A stretch of 64,000 nt of DNA from an uncultured Bacteroidales bacterium. GTDB lineage: Bacteria > Bacteroidota > Bacteroidia > Bacteroidales > UBA10428. The notes under the pieces were generated by a model. The model was not told the origin of the DNA. It made no database searches and worked only from the letters and a program-made list of their open reading frames with translations. A program made the position numbers and the translations under genes. This document shows, piece after piece, positions 50,313-59,492 of the stretch; position 1 is the stretch's first letter; each line of letters opens with the position of its first letter. The DNA is taken from NCBI GenBank assembly GCA_963790105.1, contig CAWBNI010000042.1:27235-91234 (forward strand). The letters run 5' to 3'.

Positions 50313-51683
50313 TTTTTCAAAATACCGGCTTGCAAAATCAAGGAAAACAGGCCAGTTGGGAGCCGGGGTATGACCCCCGTCGTGCTGGCGAAAGGCAATT
50401 TCACCCTGAACCAGGGAAGTGCCTACTGGTGGAAATATATGGGTTCCAAGATCATTTTTACCGAGTAACTTATAAACCGGGCCGGCCGCAACAGCAGCCA
50501 TAAACATCCCCCTGGCATCCACCCAGGCATCACCAACTTCTCCACTGCTGATAAATACCGGCCGGGGTGCGCATAATGCGATCAGCTCATGAGCATCCAC
50601 GGGCAGATCGTCCCATGTCAGCGGTCCGGCATATTTCATGAAATTTCCGGCCATCCAGTGGTACTCTCCTGAACTGGCAATATTTTCAACCAGTTCACCG
50701 GCATTTCTCCTGTGCAGTTTAACTCCTGCCTCTCCCGAAGAACTTATAAACACAATGGCAAACCGGCTGTCATAAGCCATGGCCACAGCGGCTGCTTTTC
50801 CAAACCGGGAATGTCCTTCCATTCCAACATGTCTGGCATCAATCGATTTATCCGTTTCCATATAATCAAGAACCCGGCTGGCACCCCAGGCCCAGGCACG
50901 GAGAGCACCCCAATCGTCCGGTTTGCGGGGTTTTCCGCCATTCACCAGACCAATTATTCCCCTTGTTAATCCGGCCCCATAATCCGCCTGTACACTGGTG
51001 GGTAGATAAACCGCATAACCCCAGCCCCGGTTAAGTACCTGCTGCTGCCAGGAGGGTTGGTCGTTTCCGGCACTTCCCATGGGAGGGGGCGGAAGTTTAA
51101 AGCCCTTCGGAAAAACATAACCGAATTCCATGATTACAGGAACCGGTTTTGAAATATTGGCGGGTAGCGTGATAGTTACCTGTATATCTACCTGCACGGA
51201 GGGACAGGCAGAATTATCCACATGACCCACGAGTTTTTTTGAAATCACGCGTACATTGCCTTCCATTGTTTTTGTAATGCTGATTAGTTCCCATTTCACA
51301 GAAGGTGTTTTAGATGGCACACGGCCGTATATTTCCCTGTCAAAATCTTCCACAATTTCAGGACGTCGTTCTTTCCACCAAATTTCAGGAGTGTCGACTT
51401 TTCTGCCATTTTTCAAAACCAGGGGGTCGGGCAGTCTGGGATATGGATTTGCCTTGCTTTCATCATAATTGGCTGCATTGGGAGCATTCGGATCCATCCC
51501 GTTTACTCCCGGCCTGAGGGAAGTTATGTTCAGCAGTCCCATCATATATTGATGATCCTGTTCGGTTATCCTTTTGATACTATCCCATGCCGGACCCGGC
51601 TGCGCTGACAAATAGCTGCATGTTAAAACATAAAGGAAAACGATCGAAAGCAGGATTTTTAGTTTATGGGATATCATCACCAA
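50310..51683 (-). CDS. Carbohydrate esterase family 15-like glucuronoyl esterase (alpha/beta hydrolase)
   Basis: Intact 457-aa ORF with signal peptide. Nucleophile motif GHSRFGKAA (bacterial CE15 G-x-S-R-x-GK type) and C-terminal FRQHDGGH. Adjacent to a GH115 gene. Family call is from remembered motifs. Confidence 0.6.
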   Translation of the reverse strand: MVMISHKLKILLSIVFLYVLTCSYLSAQPGPAWDSIKRITEQDHQYMMGLLNITSLRPGVNGMDPNAPNAANYDESKANPYPRLPDPLVLKNGRKVDTPEIWWKERRPEIVEDFDREIYGRVPSKTPSVKWELISITKTMEGNVRVISKKLVGHVDNSACPSVQVDIQVTITLPANISKPVPVIMEFGYVFPKGFKLPPPPMGSAGNDQPSWQQQVLNRGWGYAVYLPTSVQADYGAGLTRGIIGLVNGGKPRKPDDWGALRAWAWGASRVLDYMETDKSIDARHVGMEGHSRFGKAAAVAMAYDSRFAIVFISSSGEAGVKLHRRNAGELVENIASSGEYHWMAGNFMKYAGPLTWDDLPVDAHELIALCAPRPVFISSGEVGDAWVDARGMFMAAVAAGPVYKLLGKNDLGTHIFPPVGTSLVQGEIAFRQHDGGHTPAPNWPVFLDFASRYFEK

Positions 51684-51693
51684 TAATTAGAAA

Positions 51694-51750
51694 TTTTCAA
51701 ATCTTCAAATTTTCAAATCTTCAAATCAACAAATCAATAAATCAATAAAT
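51694..51750. repeat. (TTCAAAT / ATCAATAA)n degenerate array filling the GH115-CE15 intercistronic gap
   Basis: TTTTCAAATCTTCAAATTTTCAAATCTTCAAATCAACAAATCAATAAATCAATAAATTCA, read directly. It spans essentially the whole 67-nt gap. Confidence 0.8.
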
Positions 51751-54735
51751 TCATTTGTGAAAACTTTCCGGTGGTCCCAGGTAACCTGGTTTTACACCGC
51801 CGGTATTAACAACTATTTTTTGCAGCACTATACCCGGATCAACCATCCAGATTTTCAGGGTATGATAGCCAGGCAAACTGATTGAATGCCGGCTGGATCC
51901 CATCCTGAAATTATCACTTACAGTTTGTTCCCAGTCGATATTACCGTTTTTGGCATCATAATCCCTGGGAACAAGCGTAATAATCTGCGGTTTTTCATCA
52001 TCCAGGCTGATCGCATATCTCACATCCCGGCCTGGCATGAAATTCAGGGAAGGCCCAAAAACCGGATTTACCCTGATATCGCCGGAAGTGAACAAATACA
52101 TCCGGTACTCAAGGCATGGCGAATTTATACCCGGAGCAAGGGAATCATAAACATCCGCATACGTCCGCATACCGGAAAGTGTATGCCCGTACTCTTCAAT
52201 TTTTTCCCAGCGGCTTTGCATGATGCCATCCGTTTTCCTTGTATAATGTTCCGCTTCCATCGAAACACAGCCATTGCTTTCAACAAAACCATCCAGTTTA
52301 TCCGGAGTTGGCTCAGCTGGATTATTGACTGTAACATACACCTCTACTTCCTGTGAAGCCCCGTTAATTTTAAGCATACCCTTTATTTTCCCTCCCGGCA
52401 CCTTAGCCCAGTCGATGCTGATCCAAATCCGTTCCTGGGTATTTACTGTTCCCTTTGTTTCACTAATCCTTATCCATTTGGCTTTTGTGGAGACCCGGAA
52501 TTCAAAATCAGTTTTTCCCTTATTGAAAATCTCAACATACGAGGTTTGGCGGTTAAAGACATCAAATTCAGGGAGGATCGCCTGTCCGGATGCCCCTGGC
52601 CAGGCTTTTTCAGATCCTTCAATACTCACGCCCATAGACGGCTTATCTGTTGGTTGTAATTGTTTTAGTTTGATTGCCTCCAGGCTGTTATAAGGCGGAT
52701 CCCTCCAGCCGGTGTAACCCAGGTGAGGCTGATCCATGAAATGTTTCCATCTTCCGTCGGCGAATTTGTTATTGAAATAACCCATTAAACTGGTATCCTC
52801 CTGAAACAGTGACCGGGTTTTCAGGGCCATTTCGTTTGTGCTTGTTCTTCCCTGGTTGAAATACAATTCATTTTTGCCTGCAGTAATATAAAGTTCATTT
52901 ACCAGGGCACTGGCTTTAACAGGAAAAAGTACCAGCTGATAAAATGCATCCCGTTTATATCCGGGCAATTGATTATAAATATCTTCTGCCTGGGCAGCCA
53001 GAAGCTGAAAATCGCTCATGACAGTTTCAGCTTCCCGGTAATTTGTGAGGCTGTAGGTATCTGGCGCCAGCAGTTCAGGCTTGCGACGGCCATTGAATCG
53101 GGTATATCCCGAAATGATACTGGCAATTTCTTTCGAATGGGCCTCCCCAAATTGCTCCACTGACCACCTGCGGGTATATTCCTGCAAATTGTCGTTAGTC
53201 AGGCTATCCTTGTACCATGCCAGGTTTAGAAAGAATTCCATGGGAAACTCGTAGCCTTTCAGATGACCGACGTTGACTATCCAGATCCTGTCCGCACCAT
53301 ACTGCCGGGCCAGTGACATCTGATCCCAGATTTTCGGAATCGGGTTGCTGTTGATCCATTGATAGCTTCGCGGCCCGCCATGGTAATCGAAATGATAATA
53401 AATTCCCGCACCGCCGCTCCTGTTGAGCTCATCTTTCGTTGGCAGCCGCCGGATATTTCCCCAGTTATCCTCGGCCCACAGAAGGGTGACATCATCCGGT
53501 ACACGCATCCCTGCCTTATAATAGTCCAGCACTTCCTTATACAGGCACCACATCTGCGGCACACGGGTCACATCCTTATTTATTTCTTCCGAAATAATCC
53601 CGCGCTGAACATTCACTATTTCCTCAAGCAGACTTCGGTTTGCATCCGGACCACCCGGGGCCATTTCGGTGTCATCGGCACCACGCAGGCCAAGCGTGAT
53701 AATACTTTCATAGGATTTGTTCCGCCTGATCCCGTCTCTCCAGAATTGCCGGAGAGTATCTCCGTGTTTCACATAGTTCCAGCTACCCAGGGTGGACTTA
53801 TAGCGCCGGTCCCATTCCTTTTGCGCACGAAGCATGGGTTCCTGGTGTGATGTGCCCATCACTATACCATATTCATCTGCCAGCCGGGCGTTAAGGGAAT
53901 CATCTTCATTGAAGGCATTATTCCACATGGCAGGCCATAGATAATTTCCCTTTAGCCGCAGGATAAGTTCAAACACCCTGCCGTAAAATTCATGGTTGTA
54001 ATTGGCCACACCGTTTGGAATGGGGGGATGATCACCCGGCTTTACGGTCCCGAATTTCGCATAGATCCAGTTGGTAAGGTCAGGAGCCTCGTCATTCAAA
54101 AAAATTCCACGGTATTTCACCGAGGGAGGTCCCTCAGAATAAACTCCTCTTTTTACACAGATTACATCCCTGTGTTCGGGCTTTACATCGGCCCACCAAT
54201 ACCAGGGCGACACTCCTATTTTTTTTGAGAGTTCGTATATTCCATAAATAGTACCTCTCTTGTCGCTTCCGGCAATAACAAGTGCTTCATCAACACCCGG
54301 GAAGGGATTTTTGACTACCAGGATACGGAACATTTCCCACTGGCCTTTGATATCATTTGTCAATAGCCCGGAATTAACCAGTTTATCAATGATGGGACTG
54401 CCAATGGTTCCGGCGATCAGAATCTTTCTTCCTGCAGGAATTGTATCAAAATACAGGGTGGGTTTAGTATTGGTAACGACATCAATATCGCGCTGCAGAT
54501 CCCTGAATGTCCTGATAACACCGGGGTAATCGGCTGAACTGATTAACATTGGCACTGATTTTCCCCGGGCAGAAATACAAAATCCGTCTGTTGTATCATT
54601 TGTAATTACCAGTCCTTTTGAAGATTTATCCAATGGATCCTTCAAGCCTGAAGTTTCTGTGGCTGCATGCGATCTGTTGATGAAAAGGATCAGCAAAAAG
54701 CAGAGGATTATTTTTTTGAACTGGTAAAGTGACAT
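51751..54735 (-). CDS. Glycoside hydrolase family 115 (xylan alpha-1,2-glucuronidase)
   Basis: Intact 994-aa ORF with signal peptide. N-terminal and catalytic regions carry GSDKRGTIYGIYELSKKIGVSPWYWWADV and VKYRGIFLNDEAP, patterns I associate with GH115. Confidence 0.8.
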   Translation of the reverse strand: MSLYQFKKIILCFLLILFINRSHAATETSGLKDPLDKSSKGLVITNDTTDGFCISARGKSVPMLISSADYPGVIRTFRDLQRDIDVVTNTKPTLYFDTIPAGRKILIAGTIGSPIIDKLVNSGLLTNDIKGQWEMFRILVVKNPFPGVDEALVIAGSDKRGTIYGIYELSKKIGVSPWYWWADVKPEHRDVICVKRGVYSEGPPSVKYRGIFLNDEAPDLTNWIYAKFGTVKPGDHPPIPNGVANYNHEFYGRVFELILRLKGNYLWPAMWNNAFNEDDSLNARLADEYGIVMGTSHQEPMLRAQKEWDRRYKSTLGSWNYVKHGDTLRQFWRDGIRRNKSYESIITLGLRGADDTEMAPGGPDANRSLLEEIVNVQRGIISEEINKDVTRVPQMWCLYKEVLDYYKAGMRVPDDVTLLWAEDNWGNIRRLPTKDELNRSGGAGIYYHFDYHGGPRSYQWINSNPIPKIWDQMSLARQYGADRIWIVNVGHLKGYEFPMEFFLNLAWYKDSLTNDNLQEYTRRWSVEQFGEAHSKEIASIISGYTRFNGRRKPELLAPDTYSLTNYREAETVMSDFQLLAAQAEDIYNQLPGYKRDAFYQLVLFPVKASALVNELYITAGKNELYFNQGRTSTNEMALKTRSLFQEDTSLMGYFNNKFADGRWKHFMDQPHLGYTGWRDPPYNSLEAIKLKQLQPTDKPSMGVSIEGSEKAWPGASGQAILPEFDVFNRQTSYVEIFNKGKTDFEFRVSTKAKWIRISETKGTVNTQERIWISIDWAKVPGGKIKGMLKINGASQEVEVYVTVNNPAEPTPDKLDGFVESNGCVSMEAEHYTRKTDGIMQSRWEKIEEYGHTLSGMRTYADVYDSLAPGINSPCLEYRMYLFTSGDIRVNPVFGPSLNFMPGRDVRYAISLDDEKPQIITLVPRDYDAKNGNIDWEQTVSDNFRMGSSRHSISLPGYHTLKIWMVDPGIVLQKIVVNTGGVKPGYLGPPESFHK

Positions 54736-54798
54736 TTTAGGTGTATTTCAATTTCTAAATTAGCCTTTTTAGCGTTAATTTGTGAAAGATTCAACAGA

Positions 54799-55551
54799 AT
54801 GGGGAAAAAACTTTCTCAAAAAACGGCTATCATCACAGGCGGAGCCACGGGTTTGGGTTTTGCCATGGCTCAAAAATTTGTAGAGCACAATATACGTATC
54901 ATCCTCATTGGCCGGAACGAAACAAAGTTAAAAGACGCATGCCAGTCCCTGGGTCCGCTCGCCAGCTTTGTGAGCCTTGATCTTACAAGGCTTGACGAGA
55001 TACCGAAAGCAGTAAATTCTATAGCAGAACAATGGGGATCAATTGATATCCTGGTAAACAATGCAGGTATCCATTTAAAGAAAGCCTTGCTGGAAGTATC
55101 AAACGATGAATTCCAGGGCATCATATTAACCAACCAGACAGCAGTTTTCACCATTACGCGCGAGGTGGCGGCTATCATGAAGAAACAGGGTTTTGGTTCA
55201 GTTCTGAACATAAGTTCGATGGCATCGAAGTATGGGATACCGCAAGCGATTGCCTATTCCGCCGCCAAATCCGCCATTGAAGGAATGACCCGGGCCATGG
55301 CGGTTGAATTGTCACCATTTGGTATACGGGTTAACTGCATTGCACCGGGATTCATAAGGACCAACATGTCCTCAAAGGCACTTGACAATGATTTGGAACG
55401 AAAGCGCAAGGTACTTTCAAGAACCCCTCTAGGTCGTTTGGGCGAACCGGCAGAAGTAGCGGAAGCGGCTTATTTTCTAGTTTCCGATGCAGCAGCCTTT
55501 ATAACAGGTGTTGTTCTGCCTGTTGACGGTGGAAATTCAATTGGTTTCTGA
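54799..55551 (+). CDS. SDR-family oxidoreductase (gluconate/mannonate-type dehydrogenase context)
   Basis: Intact 250-aa ORF with TGGATGLG cofactor motif, NNAG, and catalytic S...YSAAK. Precedes the ManD-type dehydratase. Confidence 0.85.
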   Translation: MGKKLSQKTAIITGGATGLGFAMAQKFVEHNIRIILIGRNETKLKDACQSLGPLASFVSLDLTRLDEIPKAVNSIAEQWGSIDILVNNAGIHLKKALLEVSNDEFQGIILTNQTAVFTITREVAAIMKKQGFGSVLNISSMASKYGIPQAIAYSAAKSAIEGMTRAMAVELSPFGIRVNCIAPGFIRTNMSSKALDNDLERKRKVLSRTPLGRLGEPAEVAEAAYFLVSDAAAFITGVVLPVDGGNSIGF

Positions 55552-55589
55552 TTTGAAATTATTGGTGCTACTAATTAATACTTCAAGCC

Positions 55590-56797
55590 GTGAAAATTAC
55601 AAATGCCAAAGTGATTATTTGCAGTCCGGGAAGGAATTTTGTCACTCTCAAGATATTCACAGACGAGGGAGTATACGGCCTGGGGGATGCCACCCTCAAT
55701 GGGATGGAGAAGGCTGTTGTTTCTTTTCTTGAAAGCTACTGCATCCCAGCCCTGATTGGTATGGATCCGCGGAATACAGAAGATATCTGGCATTATTTTT
55801 ATCGGGGCATTTACTGGAAAAGGGGCTCTGTAAGCATGGCGGCCATTTCCGCCATTGATATGGCCCTTTGGGATATCAAGGGAAAGATGCTAAACACTCC
55901 GTTGTATAATCTCATTGGTGGTAAAAGCCGTGACAAGGTGTTGGTGTATGTGCATGTAAACGGAAATGACCTGAATGAAGTGTTTGAAAAAGCGAAAATG
56001 GCTATTGAGTCAGGCTATGAAGCCATCCGCATACAATGCGGGATTCCGGGCATTTCGCATTCATATGGAGTTTCAAAGGATGCCCGGTTTTATGAACCTG
56101 CCGAAAAAGGCTTACCTCCGGTTCAATATTGGGATACCTCCAAATATCTGAATTTTGTGCCTCACCTTTTTGAAAAAATACGGGCTGCAGTCGGTGATTC
56201 GATCCATCTTTTGCATGATGTGCACCATCGTTGTACGCCAGTTGAGGCTGCCCGGCTTGCCCATGAACTGGACCCGTTTCATTTATTCTGGCTTGAGGAC
56301 CCGGTTTCAGGCGAGTTGCAGGAGGGTCTTCGCCTGATCAGGCAGCATTCGCATACACCTATTGCCATTGGAGAGGTTTTTAATACAGGATATGATTATA
56401 CAACCCTGATCACGGAACAACTGATCGATTTTATCCGGATGCCGGTATCGCACGGGGGAGGAATAACCCATCTGCAGAAAGTGATGGCATTGGCCTCTTT
56501 TTATCATATTCAATCCGGATTTCACGGGGCCACCGATCTTTCACCTGTATGCCTGGCTGCATCACTGCATTTCAACCTGGCGGTCAACAATTTCGGGATA
56601 CAGGAATACATGCCGCATAATGATATGGTAAATGAAGTTTTCAGGGTGAATTACCATCTTGACAAGGGACATCTCTATATCAATGATAATCCGGGCATTG
56701 GAGTAGATATAGACGAAGAGAGTGCCGCAAAATTTCCCTATGTCAAGGCTTCCTTCCGGTGAACCGGAAGACAGATGGTACTTTGTTCTATTGGTAG
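55590..56797 (+). pseudogene. manD: Enolase-superfamily D-mannonate dehydratase (ManD), frame interruption in the last ~15 codons
   Basis: MKITNAKVIICSPGRNFVTLKIFTDEGVYGLGDATLNG... is typical of the ManD subgroup. ORF 55590-56762 ends ...FPYVKASFR. Shifting at GGCTTCCTTCCGG (~56745-56757) gives ...FLPVNRKTDGTLFYW, then TAG at 56795-56797, a ManD-like C-terminus. Confidence 0.8.
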
Positions 56798-56804
56798 TGA
56801 ATAT

Positions 56805-57000
56805 GTTCTGCAGTCCTGCGGTTTTGCAGTTTTGCAGTTTTGAAGTCATGCAGTCTCAGTCGTGCAGTCGTGCAGTCATGCAGTCGCCTTCGTGCAGTTC
56901 TGCGGTTTTGCAGTTTTGCAGTTTCAGTCACTCCCTCTCAATTCTCATCTCTCATCTCTCATCTCTCATCTCTCATCTCTCATCTCTCGTCACTCGTCAC
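56805..57000. repeat. Composite: (GTTTTGCA/GTCGTGCA)n TGCAG-type arrays, near-perfect (TCTCATC)6.5 array, inverted GTGACGA units overlapping the next gene's stop
   Basis: TGCAG-type units 56805-56929. TCTCATC array 56943-56988. GTCACTCGTCAC 56989-57000 (GTGACGAGTGAC on the minus strand), abutting the TAG stop of the minus-strand gene 57000-57911. Confidence 0.85.
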
Positions 57001-57911
57001 TACTTCATCCACTTCACCGGCCATGGCAGCATATTCCGCGTGATCACCGGGTAATGTGTGACAACTGAACCAAATCCCGAATTAAAATAGGCGATACCGG
57101 GGATATTGGATCCGGCAAAATCAAAGACGAGTCCTGAACCTGCGTTCTTGCTGATCATATGATTCACCAGCATATACATTGCCTGGTTTTCCTTTCCTTT
57201 TTCCGTGGATGCGCATACCTGGAACAGGCACCTTCCCAGGGTAGTAATAAACCATCCGGCAGCAACGAGTTCACCCGTATGGCTGTATACGCCAACAATC
57301 TCTCCGGTTGCCTGCTGAACGCTTGCAGATGTGATCCTTAAAAGGGTCGGGTAAAATGTTTTCCGGGTACCGGTGAGTTGTTTCTCCAGGTTATTTTTAA
57401 TAAAACGGGTGAATGCAGAAGGGGAAGGTCCCTGCTTTACAATCAGCCCGGCATGTATCGCCTTTTGAATATTCCTTCGGCAATTGCGGTGATAATTACT
57501 GGTTAGCTCAATTGAGGAAGGGTGCAAATCAAGAATAAAGTTTTTTCGGGTTGAAAAGGTGATATCGGAATGCTGAACGTTGTTATCTGAATTAAGTTGA
57601 ATTTGGACATATTTGTATTTCAGCGGGATCGCTGATAAAAATTCAGTGATTGTCTCCGGCCTGACCGGGGAGGGTGAAAAAATCCCCAATTGCTGGGTGA
57701 AGTAAGGTTGATACAGGTAATTGATCCCGAATTTACGGCCATGGGTTAAGGGCATTACGGCGAGGAAGTCATCCTCGACCAGGGCATCCCATTCCGGGCA
57801 TACGGCATCGAGCCACCATGAAAGGGCGTAGGGTAGCCTGTTTTGGGAGTTTGCGATGCAGGCGTCCCATTTTTGCAGGTCGATGGAGGAGTGGGGGAGG
57901 TGGTGGATCAT
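57000..57911 (-). CDS. Hypothetical protein, FemAB/GNAT-fold-like (tentative)
   Basis: Intact 303-aa ORF. The N-terminal pattern (IDLQKWDACIANSQNRLPYALSWWLDAVCPEWDALVEDDFLAVMPL...YQPYFTQQLGIFS) resembles conserved Bacteroidota proteins I recall as annotated GNAT/FemAB-like. Weak call. Confidence 0.4.
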   Translation of the reverse strand: MIHHLPHSSIDLQKWDACIANSQNRLPYALSWWLDAVCPEWDALVEDDFLAVMPLTHGRKFGINYLYQPYFTQQLGIFSPSPVRPETITEFLSAIPLKYKYVQIQLNSDNNVQHSDITFSTRKNFILDLHPSSIELTSNYHRNCRRNIQKAIHAGLIVKQGPSPSAFTRFIKNNLEKQLTGTRKTFYPTLLRITSASVQQATGEIVGVYSHTGELVAAGWFITTLGRCLFQVCASTEKGKENQAMYMLVNHMISKNAGSGLVFDFAGSNIPGIAYFNSGFGSVVTHYPVITRNMLPWPVKWMK

Positions 57912-57915
57912 ATTT

Positions 57916-58061
57916 TAGTTGATTTGGTTGATAGTCTGCTGGTTGCTTCACCCGGGGTTATTGAGATTGAAGCACTTCGTGCTTGAGTTCATCTTTCCCG
58001 CACGGTATTCATAGCATCTGCGGATTGGTTATTGCAGATTGAAGCACTTCGTGCTTTTTTT
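57916..58061 (-). repeat. Reverse-oriented CAATCAAC-type units plus two tandem hp2 elements (copies C and D)
   Basis: 57916-57946 is TAGTTGATTTGGTTGATAGTCTGCTGGTTGC. Copy C 57949-57984 (CACCCGGGGTTATTGAGATTGAAGCACTTCGTGCTT). Copy D 58027-58056 (GGTTATTGCAGATTGAAGCACTTCGTGCTT) is followed by a T-run. On the minus strand each reads AAGCAC-gaa-GTGCTT + CAATCTCAATAACC, matching hp2 copies A and B. Confidence 0.8.
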
Positions 58062-58094
58062 GTTTCCTGAACGAATGCCTACAGCACACCTATT

Positions 58095-58175
58095 CATTGT
58101 TCACTGTTCATCGTTCTTCGTTCCTCGTCCCTTCTGTCTCTCCTTGTCCCTCGTCTCATCGTCCCTCGTCCCTTC
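58095..58175 (-). repeat. Graded heptamer array drifting from CATTGTT to TCGTCCC (GGGACGA on the minus strand), overlapping the 3' end of the minus-strand gene
   Basis: CATTGTT CACTGTT CATCGTT CTTCGTT CCTCGTC CCTTCTG TCTCTCC TTGTCCC TCGTCTC ATCGTCC CTCGTCC CTTC. The first five units each differ from the previous one by 1-2 substitutions. Confidence 0.85.
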
Positions 58176-59488
58176 TTCAACCATTCCCTCAAACACCTCT
58201 CTCCACCCTTTCCAGATTCCCTGTCCGGAGAGAGATTCGTTATGCCACAGGCTGAGGAAAGTTCCTTCAACCTGCTTTACCTGCCGGAGGATATTCTTTA
58301 TTCGATCAAGTGCCTCATCGGGGAGTAAGCGCCCGATATTGCTGCAGGGTAACATCCATAACAGCAAAGGGAAATATGACAAGGTCCGTCTCACTTTCAT
58401 TCGTCAGATCATAAAAATTAAAGGAGGAACAGGTGCCGGCCCTGAAACCGGGATAAGAGGCATATCCCATGGAATAGTCCTCCCTGATTCCCATTTCAGC
58501 GAGCCGGCGGTATGTTTCAGGAAACCGCAGGATAAGGAAATGCTGGCGGCTGATATTTGGGAGATTGCCTGCGATCTCTGCATACCGTTTCTGTTCAACC
58601 GGAAGAAGCCCTGCATGATCATTTGACCGCAGGGAAGGATGAATGCCTGTCCTGTGATCCTGGCCGATCTGTTGAACCAGCTGTCTGAAATGCGGCGTAT
58701 TCAGAGTGTAATTACAATCAAACCTGTCATAATCTGCAAACAGGAAAAAGAAAATTGATTTGAAATTATATTTCATTTCAATGCTCCGGATATACCCGTA
58801 GGTATCAAACGGATCCTGCATGGAACCCCGGAGTACTGAAAGTCTCTGGCTAAAATCGGCATAACGTGCCTGCCATAAGGCTTTCAGACTTCCTGCGACA
58901 CTTCTTACTAATCCCTTATGCAGGAAAGACCAGGGATTGTCGATGTCAAACGTGGAAATGTAGTGGAACGACTGTGGCGGAAAAACCAGGTCAGGGAATT
59001 TTTTTTGCAGTAATTTTTTAAAAAGAATGAGCCATTGGTCGATGACCGGCTCTTCAAGGAAACCGTTTCTGAATGCCAGGCTCTGGTCGGCTTCAAAACG
59101 TCCGTATTGATCGGGCTCAAAGGGAAGATATTCTTCATATCGTGATAAGCAGGAAAAAGCAGGCTGAGAACAGATCAAACGGCAGATTGAATCCTTCGGG
59201 GGCCGGATAAAGATACGTCTGGCCTTCCTTTCGAAAATAGCCGGTTTCGTGTTTTTTGAACCCTGTTTCGGATAGTAGTCCGCTGGCGAAAATATTGAAG
59301 CTGTCTTCAAGCGGATTTGTACCATAATTAATTATGATCCCGCCGGAGGAAAGGCTGTCCTTGATGAACTGACCGGTCCGGATTAATTTGAAGGCGCATC
59401 CAAGCCGTGTGGAAATAAATCGTGTTATGTATTTCATCCGGTCGGAAACGACCGGGCTAAGCAGGATTATTTCAACAGGTGCTTGCAT
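58101..59488 (-). pseudogene. Hypothetical protein, polysaccharide-deacetylase-like (tentative), 2 frame interruptions
   Basis: Fragments 59135-59572 (real start probably MQAPVEIILLSPVV... at 59488), 58315-59325 (...YISTFDIDNPWSF...) and 58101-58400 (...LSLWHNESLSGQGIWKGWREVFEGMVEEG, then a repeat-encoded tail). Family call is weak. Confidence 0.35.
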
Positions 59489-59492
59489 AGTG

